64,000 nt of DNA, taken from Deltaproteobacteria bacterium. Its GTDB lineage: Bacteria > Desulfobacterota > Desulfuromonadia > Desulfuromonadales > JAAYDE01. Position 1 is the first letter of the stretch; each line of letters starts with the position of its first letter. Both the position numbers and the translations under genes were made by a program. The stretch covers positions 18,763-82,762 of the forward strand of contig JAAYDE010000073.1 of NCBI GenBank assembly GCA_012729375.1, read 5' to 3'. The notes under the pieces are model-generated. The model did no database searches. It had not been told where the DNA came from and saw nothing but the letters and a program-made list of their open reading frames with translations. Below, in pieces: positions 1-7,397 of this stretch.

Positions 1-401
1 AGCTCTTTTCCGGCAAGATGGTGATTGGCATCCAGGGTGATCTTGTCTTGATGAACCTCGGCGACGCGGACATGGATGGTTTTCCCCTTTTCGTTACCCA
101 TCTCGAAGACCTGCCCCAGTTCGGGGCTGATCCCCTCGGGGAAAGCGTTCCGCTCCACCTGGAATACAAAATTGTCGCGGTAGGGGCCATAGGCCTCCTT
201 TACCGACAGGCGCACCGATTTTTTTTCGCCGACGGCCATGCCGATAACCGCGTTGCTGAAACCGGGGATTATATCCTGGCTGCCGACTTCGAAAACCAGC
301 GGCTCTCCATCGAAAGTGGATTCGAATTCCTTGCCGTCGGTAAAGGTGCCACGATAGTGGACCTTGACGTTATCCCCTGCCTTAATTTGTTTTTTGGTCA
401 T
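1..401 (-). CDS. slyD: FKBP-type peptidyl-prolyl cis-trans isomerase, SlyD-like (N-terminal part; 3' end lies beyond window start)
   Basis: Not in the ORF track because there is no stop in the window. The reverse-strand ATG at 401..399 gives MTKKQIKAGDNVKVHYRGTFTDGKEFESTFDGEPLVFEVGSQDIIPGFSNAVIGMAVGEKK..., an FKBP core followed by an insert-in-flap-like segment. The listed + ORF 18..419 is its antisense shadow. Confidence 0.8.
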   Translation of the reverse strand, partial: MTKKQIKAGDNVKVHYRGTFTDGKEFESTFDGEPLVFEVGSQDIIPGFSNAVIGMAVGEKKSVRLSVKEAYGPYRDNFVFQVERNAFPEGISPELGQVFEMGNEKGKTIHVRVAEVHQDKITLDANHHLAGKE

Positions 402-486
402 TACAGTCCTCTTTCCTGATCATTTTTGAAAAAAACAAAGGCCGCCCTCGGCGAGCGGCCAGCGAAAGGGCCGATCCGCAAAATGG

Positions 487-927
487 TTACCAGCGGGAAA
501 TACGATAGCGTCCCGGTCCGGTCAGGAACAGGGCGATATAGACGCAGCCCAGTTCCAGGGCGTGAGAGGCTCCCGCCCATCCGGCGGCGGGATGACCGGG
601 GGGAAGATTGAGGTGGTGGAAGACCGCAACCACCATGGTACAGGCCAGGCCCAGCGCCGCGGGGCGGAACAGGATGCCGAAGATCAGCAACAGGGAGCCG
701 AAGAATTCGGCCATCGCCGCGAGCGCCCCCCACAGGACCGGCATGGTGTAGATGCCGAAAATCCCCATCGCGGCGCCGACCTTTTCCCAGACCTCGGGGC
801 CGCCGGTCAGCTTGGCGTAGCCGTGAAAAAAGATCATGCTGCCGCCGATTCCCACCCGCAGCAGCAGCAAACCCCAATTACGGTAGAACTCTTCCGTTCC
901 GAAGATTCGTTTCAGGGTCATGAACAC
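487..927 (-). CDS. DoxX family membrane protein
   Basis: 146 aa, four hydrophobic helices. LLLLRVGIGGSMIFFHGYAKL and AMAEFFGSLLLIFG are typical DoxX signatures. Confidence 0.75.
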   Translation of the reverse strand: MFMTLKRIFGTEEFYRNWGLLLLRVGIGGSMIFFHGYAKLTGGPEVWEKVGAAMGIFGIYTMPVLWGALAAMAEFFGSLLLIFGILFRPAALGLACTMVVAVFHHLNLPPGHPAAGWAGASHALELGCVYIALFLTGPGRYRISRW

Positions 928-1125
928 GGTGCATTCCCTTTCCCGGCAGACTGGATGTGAATGATTCGACAGTTTATCATGCTATCGGCCGGAAAGTAAG
1001 GTCCGGCCTGGCGGCCGAGGGAAAATCATGATATTAGAAAAACAACCCTGGGGTAACCGTCCGCTGCCGCCGGGGAATACCTCCGCAGGAAATGGGAAAT
1101 GCACTATGAAACAAAGGAGGAAACC

Positions 1126-1476
1126 GTGGACAAGCTGAGGGAAATGACCCGCAAAAGGAAGGAAGCCCACTCCCGCTTGCTGAATCTCGATTCCAGGGTT
1201 TATAAGGCTTTTCTGGCCATGGAAGAAGCGGCCTTCGCCGATGGTCACTTGCCGAAAAAGACCAAAGAACTGATCGCCGTGGGCATTTCGGTGGTGATCA
1301 ACTGCGAATCCTGCATGCAGTGGCACATCGAACAGGCGGCCCAGGCGGGGGCCGGCCGCGACGAGGTGCTGGAGGCCGTTGAAGTCGGCATCGAGATGGG
1401 CGGCGGTCCGGCCACCGTCTCCAGCCGTTTCGCCCTCGATGTGATGGCGGACGTGTTCGGCGCCATGGATCGGTGA
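1126..1476 (+). CDS. Carboxymuconolactone decarboxylase (AhpD-like) family protein
   Basis: ELIAVGISVVINCESCMQWHIEQA carries the CxxC of the AhpD/CMD fold. The GTG at 1126 sits 5 nt after AGGAGG. The track start ATG 1099 is an alternative. Confidence 0.7.
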   Translation: MDKLREMTRKRKEAHSRLLNLDSRVYKAFLAMEEAAFADGHLPKKTKELIAVGISVVINCESCMQWHIEQAAQAGAGRDEVLEAVEVGIEMGGGPATVSSRFALDVMADVFGAMDR

Positions 1477-1500
1477 CCTTCTAGCTATAGTGAGACGGCC

Positions 1501-2262
1501 TCACTCCTTTCGGTTTGTCAGCGAAAAACGCCAGGAACAGACCCACTCCTGCGGATGGGAATCGGGAGGACAGGCGAGACATTCGGTGGCGATACGGGAA
1601 TCGATGGCCCGGGCGAAGTAGGTGTATTCCACCAATCCCCCCGATTTGCAGGGGTAGTCGGCCAGCCCCTTGCGTTTGCGCGCCGCCTGCACCCGGCACT
1701 GATTCATCCGGAAGATGAAGCTCTGCGGGGTGTCGTCTTCAAAGGATTGTTCGTTCAGGCTGGCGTAAAGACGGAAATTCAAGGCGGTTTTCAATCCTGC
1801 GAGGCCGGGGTTTTCCGGCAGTTCAAGAAACCGCTTAATCGACCAGGCTTCAAAGGGCGAGAAATGGGCCCAGCAGGAATCGTTGCAGCGTTTGGCGTCA
1901 TTCATGCCGTGGGCGAACTCCACCGCCTGAAACCAAACCCCGTCCGTGGCCAGCCAATTGGCGGAAACCGCCTCGACGAGGGCGAGAAGTTTTTCCTTCG
2001 GCATGGATGTCAAAGCCTCGGGGAGACCGTCTTTTAGGGGGAATCCGAGCACCTTACTAAAGCGCCGAATCTGGATATCGAGGCCTTTGCCCAAAGCCTC
2101 GTCCATGGCCACCAGGGCTTCTTCGGTTCCCATCTGATGGACCGTTTCGGCAAACCAGAGGGCATGGTGAAGCATATTGCGATGAAAGATATCGAAGAGA
2201 AAACGAACCGTTTCCGTTTGGTTCAAATCTTCGATGGCGGCGGGCAGATTCTTTTTATCCAT
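1501..2262 (-). CDS. Hypothetical protein, Cys-rich C-terminus (possibly ATC-hydrolase-like/DUF6125; family recalled from memory only)
   Basis: Coding-like composition. The ATG at 2262 is preceded by GAGAGGA. C-terminus reads CRVQAARKRKGLADYPCKSGG...CLACPPDSH. Function not established. Confidence 0.6.
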   Translation of the reverse strand: MDKKNLPAAIEDLNQTETVRFLFDIFHRNMLHHALWFAETVHQMGTEEALVAMDEALGKGLDIQIRRFSKVLGFPLKDGLPEALTSMPKEKLLALVEAVSANWLATDGVWFQAVEFAHGMNDAKRCNDSCWAHFSPFEAWSIKRFLELPENPGLAGLKTALNFRLYASLNEQSFEDDTPQSFIFRMNQCRVQAARKRKGLADYPCKSGGLVEYTYFARAIDSRIATECLACPPDSHPQEWVCSWRFSLTNRKE

Positions 2263-2410
2263 GGCACGGTCCTCTCGGCGGAAGAATTTATTATCAAGCC
2301 TCACAGAAAATAGCAGAAGAAGAAAGGTTTGGCCATTGAGGATAGGGGCTTGGCGCCCTCAGGAACCGTATTGACTCCCAATGGAAATTGGGGTAAATGT
2401 TGAACTTCCC

Positions 2411-2486
2411 GCCATCCTAGCTCAGTCGGTAGAGCAGCTGATTCGTAATCAGCAGGTCGAGGGTTCGAGTCCCTTGGATGGCTCCA
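2411..2486 (+). tRNA. tRNA-Thr (anticodon CGU)
   Basis: 76 nt cloverleaf folded by hand. Acceptor GCCATCC/GGATGGC, D arm GCTC..GAGC, anticodon stem GCTGA/TCAGC with loop TTCGTAA (anticodon CGT), T arm GAGGG-TTCGAGT-CCCTT, and an encoded CCA. Confidence 0.93.
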
Positions 2487-2497
2487 GTAAAAAGAGA

Positions 2498-2530
2498 AAG
2501 GCTTGGCACTAAATGCCAGGCCTTTTTTGG
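2498..2530 (+). terminator. Rho-independent terminator after tRNA-Thr
   Basis: Stem AAGGCTTGGCA / TGCCAGGCCTT with a 5-nt loop, followed by TTTTTT. Confidence 0.8.
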
Positions 2531-2614
2531 TTTTGTGGTGGCCGGCGGCGAGGGTAACCCCGGGGCCGGTGGAAAGCGAAATTTTATTGACAGCGCCTTT
2601 ATCTTCAATTCAAT

Positions 2615-2634
2615 ATTTAGTTGATTGGCTAAAT
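2615..2634. promoter_or_regulatory. Candidate ArsR operator (inverted repeat ATTTAG-N8-CTAAAT) in the arsR promoter region
   Basis: Lies 20 nt upstream of the arsR start, downstream of a TTGACA box (2587..2592). Its left half ATTTAGTTGA is the reverse complement of TCAACTAAAT, which is found at 6310..6319 and 6862..6871. Confidence 0.4.
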
Positions 2635-2653
2635 TAGCAAAAAAGAGGTGGTT

Positions 2654-3025
2654 ATGGAAACAGCACTTGCCATCACCAAAGCATTGGCCGACGGCAACCG
2701 GCTCCGGGTCGTCATGGCGCTTACCGAACAGGCGGAACTCTGCATCTGCCAGATAACCGAGATGCTGGGGTGGTCCACCGCCACCGTATCCCGCCACATG
2801 AGCGTTCTTCAGAACGCCCGTCTGGTCAAGAGCCGCAAGGACGGCCGCTGGGTCTTCTACCGACTGGCGGAAGATTTCCCCGAGCCGCTGAAACGGTGGA
2901 TTATCGAGTCGCTAAACACAACGGAAGAAATCTCATCAGATCGCAACAATCTGAAGGCTATTCTTTCCTTCGAGCCGGATGAACTTTGCCGGAGACAGAA
3001 GACCAAAAGGAGCTGCCATGGCTGA
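2654..3025 (+). CDS. arsR: ArsR/SmtB family metalloregulator (arsenite-responsive type)
   Basis: Winged HTH with an ELCICQITEML (CxC) metalloid-binding motif. AGAGG RBS before ATG 2654. Overlaps arsC by 8 nt. Confidence 0.85.
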   Translation: METALAITKALADGNRLRVVMALTEQAELCICQITEMLGWSTATVSRHMSVLQNARLVKSRKDGRWVFYRLAEDFPEPLKRWIIESLNTTEEISSDRNNLKAILSFEPDELCRRQKTKRSCHG

Positions 3026-3467
3026 ACAGAGCAAAATCAAGTTGCTGTTTCTGTGTACCGGCAATTCCTGCCGCAGTCAGATGGCGGAAGGGTGGGCGCG
3101 CCATCTCAAGGGGGATGCGGTCGATGTCTGGTCGGCGGGGATCGAAACCCACGGCCTCAATCCCCGTGCCGTCCGCGTCATGGCGGAAGTCGGGGTGGAC
3201 ATCTCCGGCCAGCGTTCCAAATCCCTGGACGAGGTTGTCCATATTCCCTTCGACTTTGTGGTCACCGTCTGCGGCCACGCTCACGAGACCTGCCCCTTCT
3301 TTCCGGGCAAGGCGCGGGTGGTTCACGCCGGTTTCGACGATCCCCCTAAGTTCGCAAAAGAGGCCCGGAGTGAAGAAGAGGCTCTCGGCCATTACCGCCG
3401 CGTCCGGGATGAAATCCGCGCCTTCGTCGAAACCCTGCCGGAAGCCCTTGTCGGCAACAGAAAATGA
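3018..3467 (+). CDS. arsC: Arsenate reductase, LMW-PTPase family (thioredoxin-coupled type)
   Basis: [19 protein letters not shown]-loop plus a [13 protein letters not shown] Cys pair. AAAAGGAG RBS before ATG 3018. Confidence 0.88.
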   Translation: MAEQSKIKLLFLCTGNSCRSQMAEGWARHLKGDAVDVWSAGIETHGLNPRAVRVMAEVGVDISGQRSKSLDEVVHIPFDFVVTVCGHAHETCPFFPGKARVVHAGFDDPPKFAKEARSEEEALGHYRRVRDEIRAFVETLPEALVGNRK

Positions 3468-4570
3468 TGACTCAAGGAGAGAAAAAGATGGCCAGCGAAC
3501 CTCTGTGCCCGACAACGCAACGAAGCGCCGGAAAAGGACTTTCCTTTCTCGACCGCTACCTGACCCTGTGGATTTTCGCCGCCATGGCGGTCGGGGTCGG
3601 CGCCGGCTGGCTGATCCCCGGCGCCAAGGAATTCGTCAACTTCTTCACCGTCGGCACCACCAACATCCCCATCGCCGTCGGCCTCATCCTGATGATGTAC
3701 CCTCCTTTCGCCAAGGTCCGCTACGAGGAGATGCCGGATGTTTTCCGCAACAAGCGGGTGCTGGCCCTCTCCCTGATCCAGAACTGGGTGATCGGCCCAC
3801 TGCTGATGTTTTTCATCGCCATCCTCTTTCTCCACAATTACCCCGAGTACATGGTGGGCCTGATCATGATCGGCCTGGCGCGCTGCATTGCCATGGTCAT
3901 CGTCTGGAACGAACTGGCCAAAGGGGATTCCGAATACGCCGCCGGGCTGGTCGCCTTCAACAGCGTCTTCCAAGTGGTTTTTTTCAGCGTCTACGCCTGG
4001 TTCTTCATCAGCGTGCTGCCGCCGCTGTTCGGCCTGAAGGGGTCGGTCATCGCCATCACCATCGGCCAGATCGCCGAGAGTGTCTTCATCTACCTCGGCA
4101 TCCCTTTTCTCGCCGGCGCCCTGACCCGCTACATCGGCGTCAAAGCCATGGGGCGGGAGCGTTATCACCAGGTGGTGGTGCCCCGGATCGGCCCCCTGAC
4201 CCTGATTGCCCTGCTTTTTACCATCGTTCTCATGTTCAGCCTGAAAGGTGATTTGATCGTCTCCATTCCCATGGATGTGGTGCGCATCGCCATTCCGCTG
4301 CTGGTCTACTTCGTGGTCATGTTCCTGGTATCCTTCTACATGGGGAAGAAGGTCGGCGCCGATTACAGCAAGACCACCACCCTGGCCTTCACCGCGGCCA
4401 GTAACAACTTCGAGCTGGCCATCGCCGTGGCCATCGCCGTTTTCGGACTCAACTCCGGAGCGGCCTTCGCCGCCGTCATCGGGCCGCTGGTGGAGGTGCC
4501 GGTGATGATCGGCCTGGTCAACGTCGCCCTCCGGTTCCAGCGGCGCTATTTTATCGCCCAGAATGTCTGA
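3464..4570 (+). CDS. acr3: Arsenite efflux permease, ACR3 family
   Basis: 368 aa polytopic protein. Contains [22 protein letters not shown], and [19 protein letters not shown], the hallmark Acr3 segments. ATGA overlap with the arsC stop. Confidence 0.9.
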   Translation: MMTQGEKKMASEPLCPTTQRSAGKGLSFLDRYLTLWIFAAMAVGVGAGWLIPGAKEFVNFFTVGTTNIPIAVGLILMMYPPFAKVRYEEMPDVFRNKRVLALSLIQNWVIGPLLMFFIAILFLHNYPEYMVGLIMIGLARCIAMVIVWNELAKGDSEYAAGLVAFNSVFQVVFFSVYAWFFISVLPPLFGLKGSVIAITIGQIAESVFIYLGIPFLAGALTRYIGVKAMGRERYHQVVVPRIGPLTLIALLFTIVLMFSLKGDLIVSIPMDVVRIAIPLLVYFVVMFLVSFYMGKKVGADYSKTTTLAFTAASNNFELAIAVAIAVFGLNSGAAFAAVIGPLVEVPVMIGLVNVALRFQRRYFIAQNV

Positions 4571-4597
4571 AAGCAGGCCCCAACAAAGGAGGATGTT

Positions 4598-4813
4598 ATG
4601 ACGATCGAAGAACTGAGCACCCACTTTCACAAACTGTCCCATACCGAAAAATTGGTTTTTTTCAAAGCCATCATGCCGACCTTGTGCGCGCTCTTTAAAG
4701 ATGATCCCCAGCGAATGATGTCGGAAATGATGCCATTGTGCCGGGAGATGATGCAGGGTTGCTCCGGCGACATGTTCCGGATGATGCAGCAGATGATGAC
4801 AAGGCCTTCGTGA
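4598..4813 (+). CDS. Small Met/Cys-rich protein (71 aa), unknown function
   Basis: Strong RBS AGGAGG 6 nt before the ATG. 13 Met (mostly MM pairs) and 3 Cys in 71 aa. Directly follows acr3. Confidence 0.6.
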   Translation: MTIEELSTHFHKLSHTEKLVFFKAIMPTLCALFKDDPQRMMSEMMPLCREMMQGCSGDMFRMMQQMMTRPS

Positions 4814-4817
4814 ATAC

Positions 4818-4936
4818 GGCAAAATAGCTAAATAGGGATTGATTGACGCCGGCGGTCGTGGTGGACGGCAAGGTGGTTTTCCAGGGTGGATGCCGACGGC
4901 CGAGGAACTCGAAAAAAAATATTGTCCCAAAAATAA
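4818..4936 (+). pseudogene. Remnant of a thioredoxin-like 'redox-active disulfide protein 2' gene (C-terminal half, frameshifted)
   Basis: Three frames together read IAK*GLI / TPAVVVDGKVVFQG / MPTAEELEKK / ILSQK*. This resembles the C-terminus of small Trx-fold proteins usually found next to ArsP-type permeases. No N-terminal CxxC part is present, and an A8 run lies at the last frame change. Confidence 0.45.
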
Positions 4937-4994
4937 ATGCTGTCAAAGAGCGGGCTAAAACTGTTCTAAAACTGTTGCTATTGGAGAAACTTTC

Positions 4995-5378
4995 ATGGAA
5001 ATCACTTTCCCCGGCGGGGTCGCCGTTGAAGCCAGTTTCGACGGATTCACCGTGCGCACCGATCAGCCCCTGTCCCGCGGCGGTGAAAACTCGGCGCCGA
5101 CTCCATTTGATCTTTTCCTGGCCTCTTTGGGAACCTGCACCGGGTTCTTCGCCTGGCGGTTTTGCCAGGAGCGCGGCCTGTCCACAGATGGGCTCAGAGT
5201 GACCCTGGAGACGGAAAAGGACGCGCAAATGCACCGTTTGACCAGAATCAGCATAGTCATCCATCTGCCCGCCGGTTTTCCCGATAAATACCGGCAGGCG
5301 ATCGTGCTGGCGGCCAATCAGTGCAGCGTCAAAAAGGCGATTCTCGATCCGCCCGAGTTCGAGGTGCTGACCCGATAA
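4995..5378 (+). CDS. OsmC/Ohr family peroxiredoxin-like protein
   Basis: 127 aa with PFDLFLASLGTCTGFF and LAANQCSV, the two conserved OsmC cysteines. Confidence 0.8.
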   Translation: MEITFPGGVAVEASFDGFTVRTDQPLSRGGENSAPTPFDLFLASLGTCTGFFAWRFCQERGLSTDGLRVTLETEKDAQMHRLTRISIVIHLPAGFPDKYRQAIVLAANQCSVKKAILDPPEFEVLTR

Positions 5379-6281
5379 TCAAACCAGCAGATTGAAGACA
5401 TAACCGCCGATCACCGCCGTGGCCCAAATCACCAGGACCACCGCGCCGACCAGGCGTTTTCTGAAGATGCCCGCCAGCATGGCCATCTCCGGAATCGCCA
5501 TGCCGGCGCCGCCGATGATCAGGGCGATGACCGCCCCCAGGCTCATGCCTTTTTGGGAAAGGGCCAGTCCGATGGGGATGGCCGTTTCCGCCCGGATGTA
5601 AAGCGGAATACCGACCACGGCCGCCACCGGGATGGCGAAGGGGTTGCCGGGACCGGCGATCCGGGTTACAAAATCCTGGGGGATGTAGCCGTAAATCCCC
5701 GCGCCGATGCCGACGCCGATGAGCAGGTAGATGAGCACCGCCCGGAAATCCCCCCAGGCGGAGATGAAAGACGCTCTCAGTTTGCCGGGAAAATTCCGGG
5801 GGTTGGATTTGGCCTCCGGACCTTTGCAGCAACAGCATGATTGGCCTCTTACCTTCTTTACATAGCGCGCGCCGCCCGCCTTCTCCAGAAAAACGCCGAA
5901 CAGAACCGAGCCCGCAAAGGTCACCGTGAAATAAATCAGGCAGGCCTTGACGCCCATGAGCGCCCACACCATGCTGATGATGATCGGATTCAGTAAAGGC
6001 GAGGCGATGACAAAGGACATGACCGGCCCGAAGGGCGCTCCGGCCTGGAGCATCCCCAGCGTCATCGGGATGGTGGAACAGGCACAGAAAGGAGTCAGGG
6101 AGCCGACGACAGCGCCCAGAAAATTCCCCCATATGCCGCGCCGGGAAAGCCACTGGCGAAGTTTTTCCCGCGGCACATACAGCAAAAGCAGGGAGACAAC
6201 CGTGCTGATGCCCAGAAACAGCACCGTCAACTCGGCGGTGATCACGAAAAAGTAAAGCAGCGTATCCATCAGGGTATTCAT
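5379..6281 (-). CDS. Permease, PF03773/ArsP-like (putative organoarsenical or metalloid efflux)
   Basis: 300 aa polytopic protein. TPFCACSTIP matches the ArsP vicinal-Cys motif (TPFCSCS type). A central loop carries SCCCCK. Confidence 0.7.
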   Translation of the reverse strand: MNTLMDTLLYFFVITAELTVLFLGISTVVSLLLLYVPREKLRQWLSRRGIWGNFLGAVVGSLTPFCACSTIPMTLGMLQAGAPFGPVMSFVIASPLLNPIIISMVWALMGVKACLIYFTVTFAGSVLFGVFLEKAGGARYVKKVRGQSCCCCKGPEAKSNPRNFPGKLRASFISAWGDFRAVLIYLLIGVGIGAGIYGYIPQDFVTRIAGPGNPFAIPVAAVVGIPLYIRAETAIPIGLALSQKGMSLGAVIALIIGGAGMAIPEMAMLAGIFRKRLVGAVVLVIWATAVIGGYVFNLLV

Positions 6282-6298
6282 TTGACGGTCCCTCGCAA

Positions 6299-6319
6299 AG
6301 TTGACGATATCAACTAAAT
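6299..6319. promoter_or_regulatory. Palindromic operator candidate AGTTGA-N5-TCAACT(AAAT), copy 1
   Basis: 18 nt upstream of the ArsP-like ATG (6281) and 14 nt after the marR stop. Near-identical copy at 6851..6871. Confidence 0.5.
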
Positions 6320-6332
6320 GATCAAAAAATTT

Positions 6333-6779
6333 TTATCTCTTCAGGGATCCGGCCATGACGGTGACGGCCTTCATCACCTCGGGAACCGTTTCGGGCGGCA
6401 CCTTCGCCAGGAGTTCCTTGAATTTCTTCATATAGCGGGAGTTGGCCGAGCGGAGAATCCGTTCTCCTTTTTCCGTAATGACGACACAGCAGATTCTGGC
6501 ATCCTGCGGGGATTTCACCTTGTCGATGAGCCCCTTCCTGGCCAGGCGGTTGACGATCCGGGTGGCTCCGCTTTTGGTGAACCCCAGGGGATGGCCCACC
6601 ACCTGAACCGGGCAATCCGGGGTCACCGAAACCTTTTCCAGGGCGATAAATTCCGGCATGGTGAGATCGTCGCAGCATTCGCCCCGCAAACCCTTGGGCC
6701 CGAAATGCCAGGCGATCTCTATCAGGGATCGGCTCAGTTCTGAAACAATGGCTTCGGTCAATTTTCTTTCCTCCGACAT
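6333..6779 (-). CDS. MarR family transcriptional regulator
   Basis: 148 aa with LGFTKSGATRIVNRLARKGLIDK, a winged HTH. Two CC pairs (GECCDD, ARICCVV). Confidence 0.8.
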   Translation of the reverse strand: MSEERKLTEAIVSELSRSLIEIAWHFGPKGLRGECCDDLTMPEFIALEKVSVTPDCPVQVVGHPLGFTKSGATRIVNRLARKGLIDKVKSPQDARICCVVITEKGERILRSANSRYMKKFKELLAKVPPETVPEVMKAVTVMAGSLKR

Positions 6780-6850
6780 TTAATCCCCTGGGCAATCCGA
6801 CCCATCCACGCCATGGCGGTACGGATTTGCAGGGAAAGGTACCAAAAATA

Positions 6851-6871
6851 AGTTGATCATGTCAACTAAAT
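6851..6871. promoter_or_regulatory. Palindromic operator candidate AGTTGA-N5-TCAACT(AAAT), copy 2
   Basis: In the divergent marR / arsR2 intergenic region, 72 nt upstream of the marR start. Same flanks as copy 1 (AAGTTGA...TCAACTAAATG). Confidence 0.5.
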
Positions 6872-7000
6872 GGGCCTGAGAATTTTGTTTCCCCGGAAAA
6901 AGGCCACTTTTTCACGGAAAAAAGATTTTTCTCTAAAAAGATTTGCATTGTTCTTGGCTTTTTGGCTATATTGCCAAATAGGGGACGAAAGGAGATTGCC

Positions 7001-7333
7001 ATGTATCAGACCCAAAAGGCTCATCTGGCGGCCCGCGCCCGGATCATCAAGGCCATGGGGCACCCCAGCCGCCTCTTCATCATCGAGGAGCTGGGGCGGG
7101 GGGAGCGCTGTGTCTTTGATCTGACAGCGATGATCGGCGCCGACGTCTCCACCGTCTCCAAACATCTGACGGTGCTCAAGCAGGCCGGTATCGTTCTCGA
7201 CGACAAGCGCGGCAATCAGGTTTTCTACCGTCTCCGCGTGCCCTGCATTCTCAATTTCTTCGGCTGCGTGGAGTCGGTGATGGAAGCGCAGCGGAAAGAG
7301 CATCTGGCGCTGGCGGAGCGGGTCGCCCGCTGA
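7001..7333 (+). CDS. ArsR/SmtB family transcriptional regulator (second copy)
   Basis: RIIKAMGHPSRLFIIEELGRGERCVFDL...VSKHLTVLKQAGIV HTH, with a C-terminal Cys pair VPCILNFFGC. AAAGGAGA RBS before ATG 7001. Confidence 0.8.
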   Translation: MYQTQKAHLAARARIIKAMGHPSRLFIIEELGRGERCVFDLTAMIGADVSTVSKHLTVLKQAGIVLDDKRGNQVFYRLRVPCILNFFGCVESVMEAQRKEHLALAERVAR

Positions 7334-7397
7334 AAAATATTTTTTCAGGCATTTGCCCTTTAGGCCAAGCGTCTGGAATTTAAGGTGAGGTTTTTTC

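Noticed and set aside
401-960. Overlapping ORFs 401..877(-), 426..611(+) and 562..960(+) around the DoxX gene.
   Set aside because: These are alternative frames or antisense of the DoxX coding region. Only the 487..927 frame gives a hydrophobic four-helix membrane protein with DoxX motifs.
3392-4930. 512-aa ORF on the minus strand. The same phenomenon occurs at 7380..8780, 25788..27758, 37277..38467, 38510..40102, 42727..43944, 44363..45898, 47280..48746, 49817..51136, 35795..36907 and 62037..63902.
   Set aside because: Each lies antisense to a gene with clear family signatures (acr3, permease, nrdD, cbiFGH, cobT, cbiP, cbiB and others). Their translations are G/R/D/H/Q/P-rich low-complexity strings with no RBS. 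These are the typical stop-free antisense shadows of a high-GC genome.
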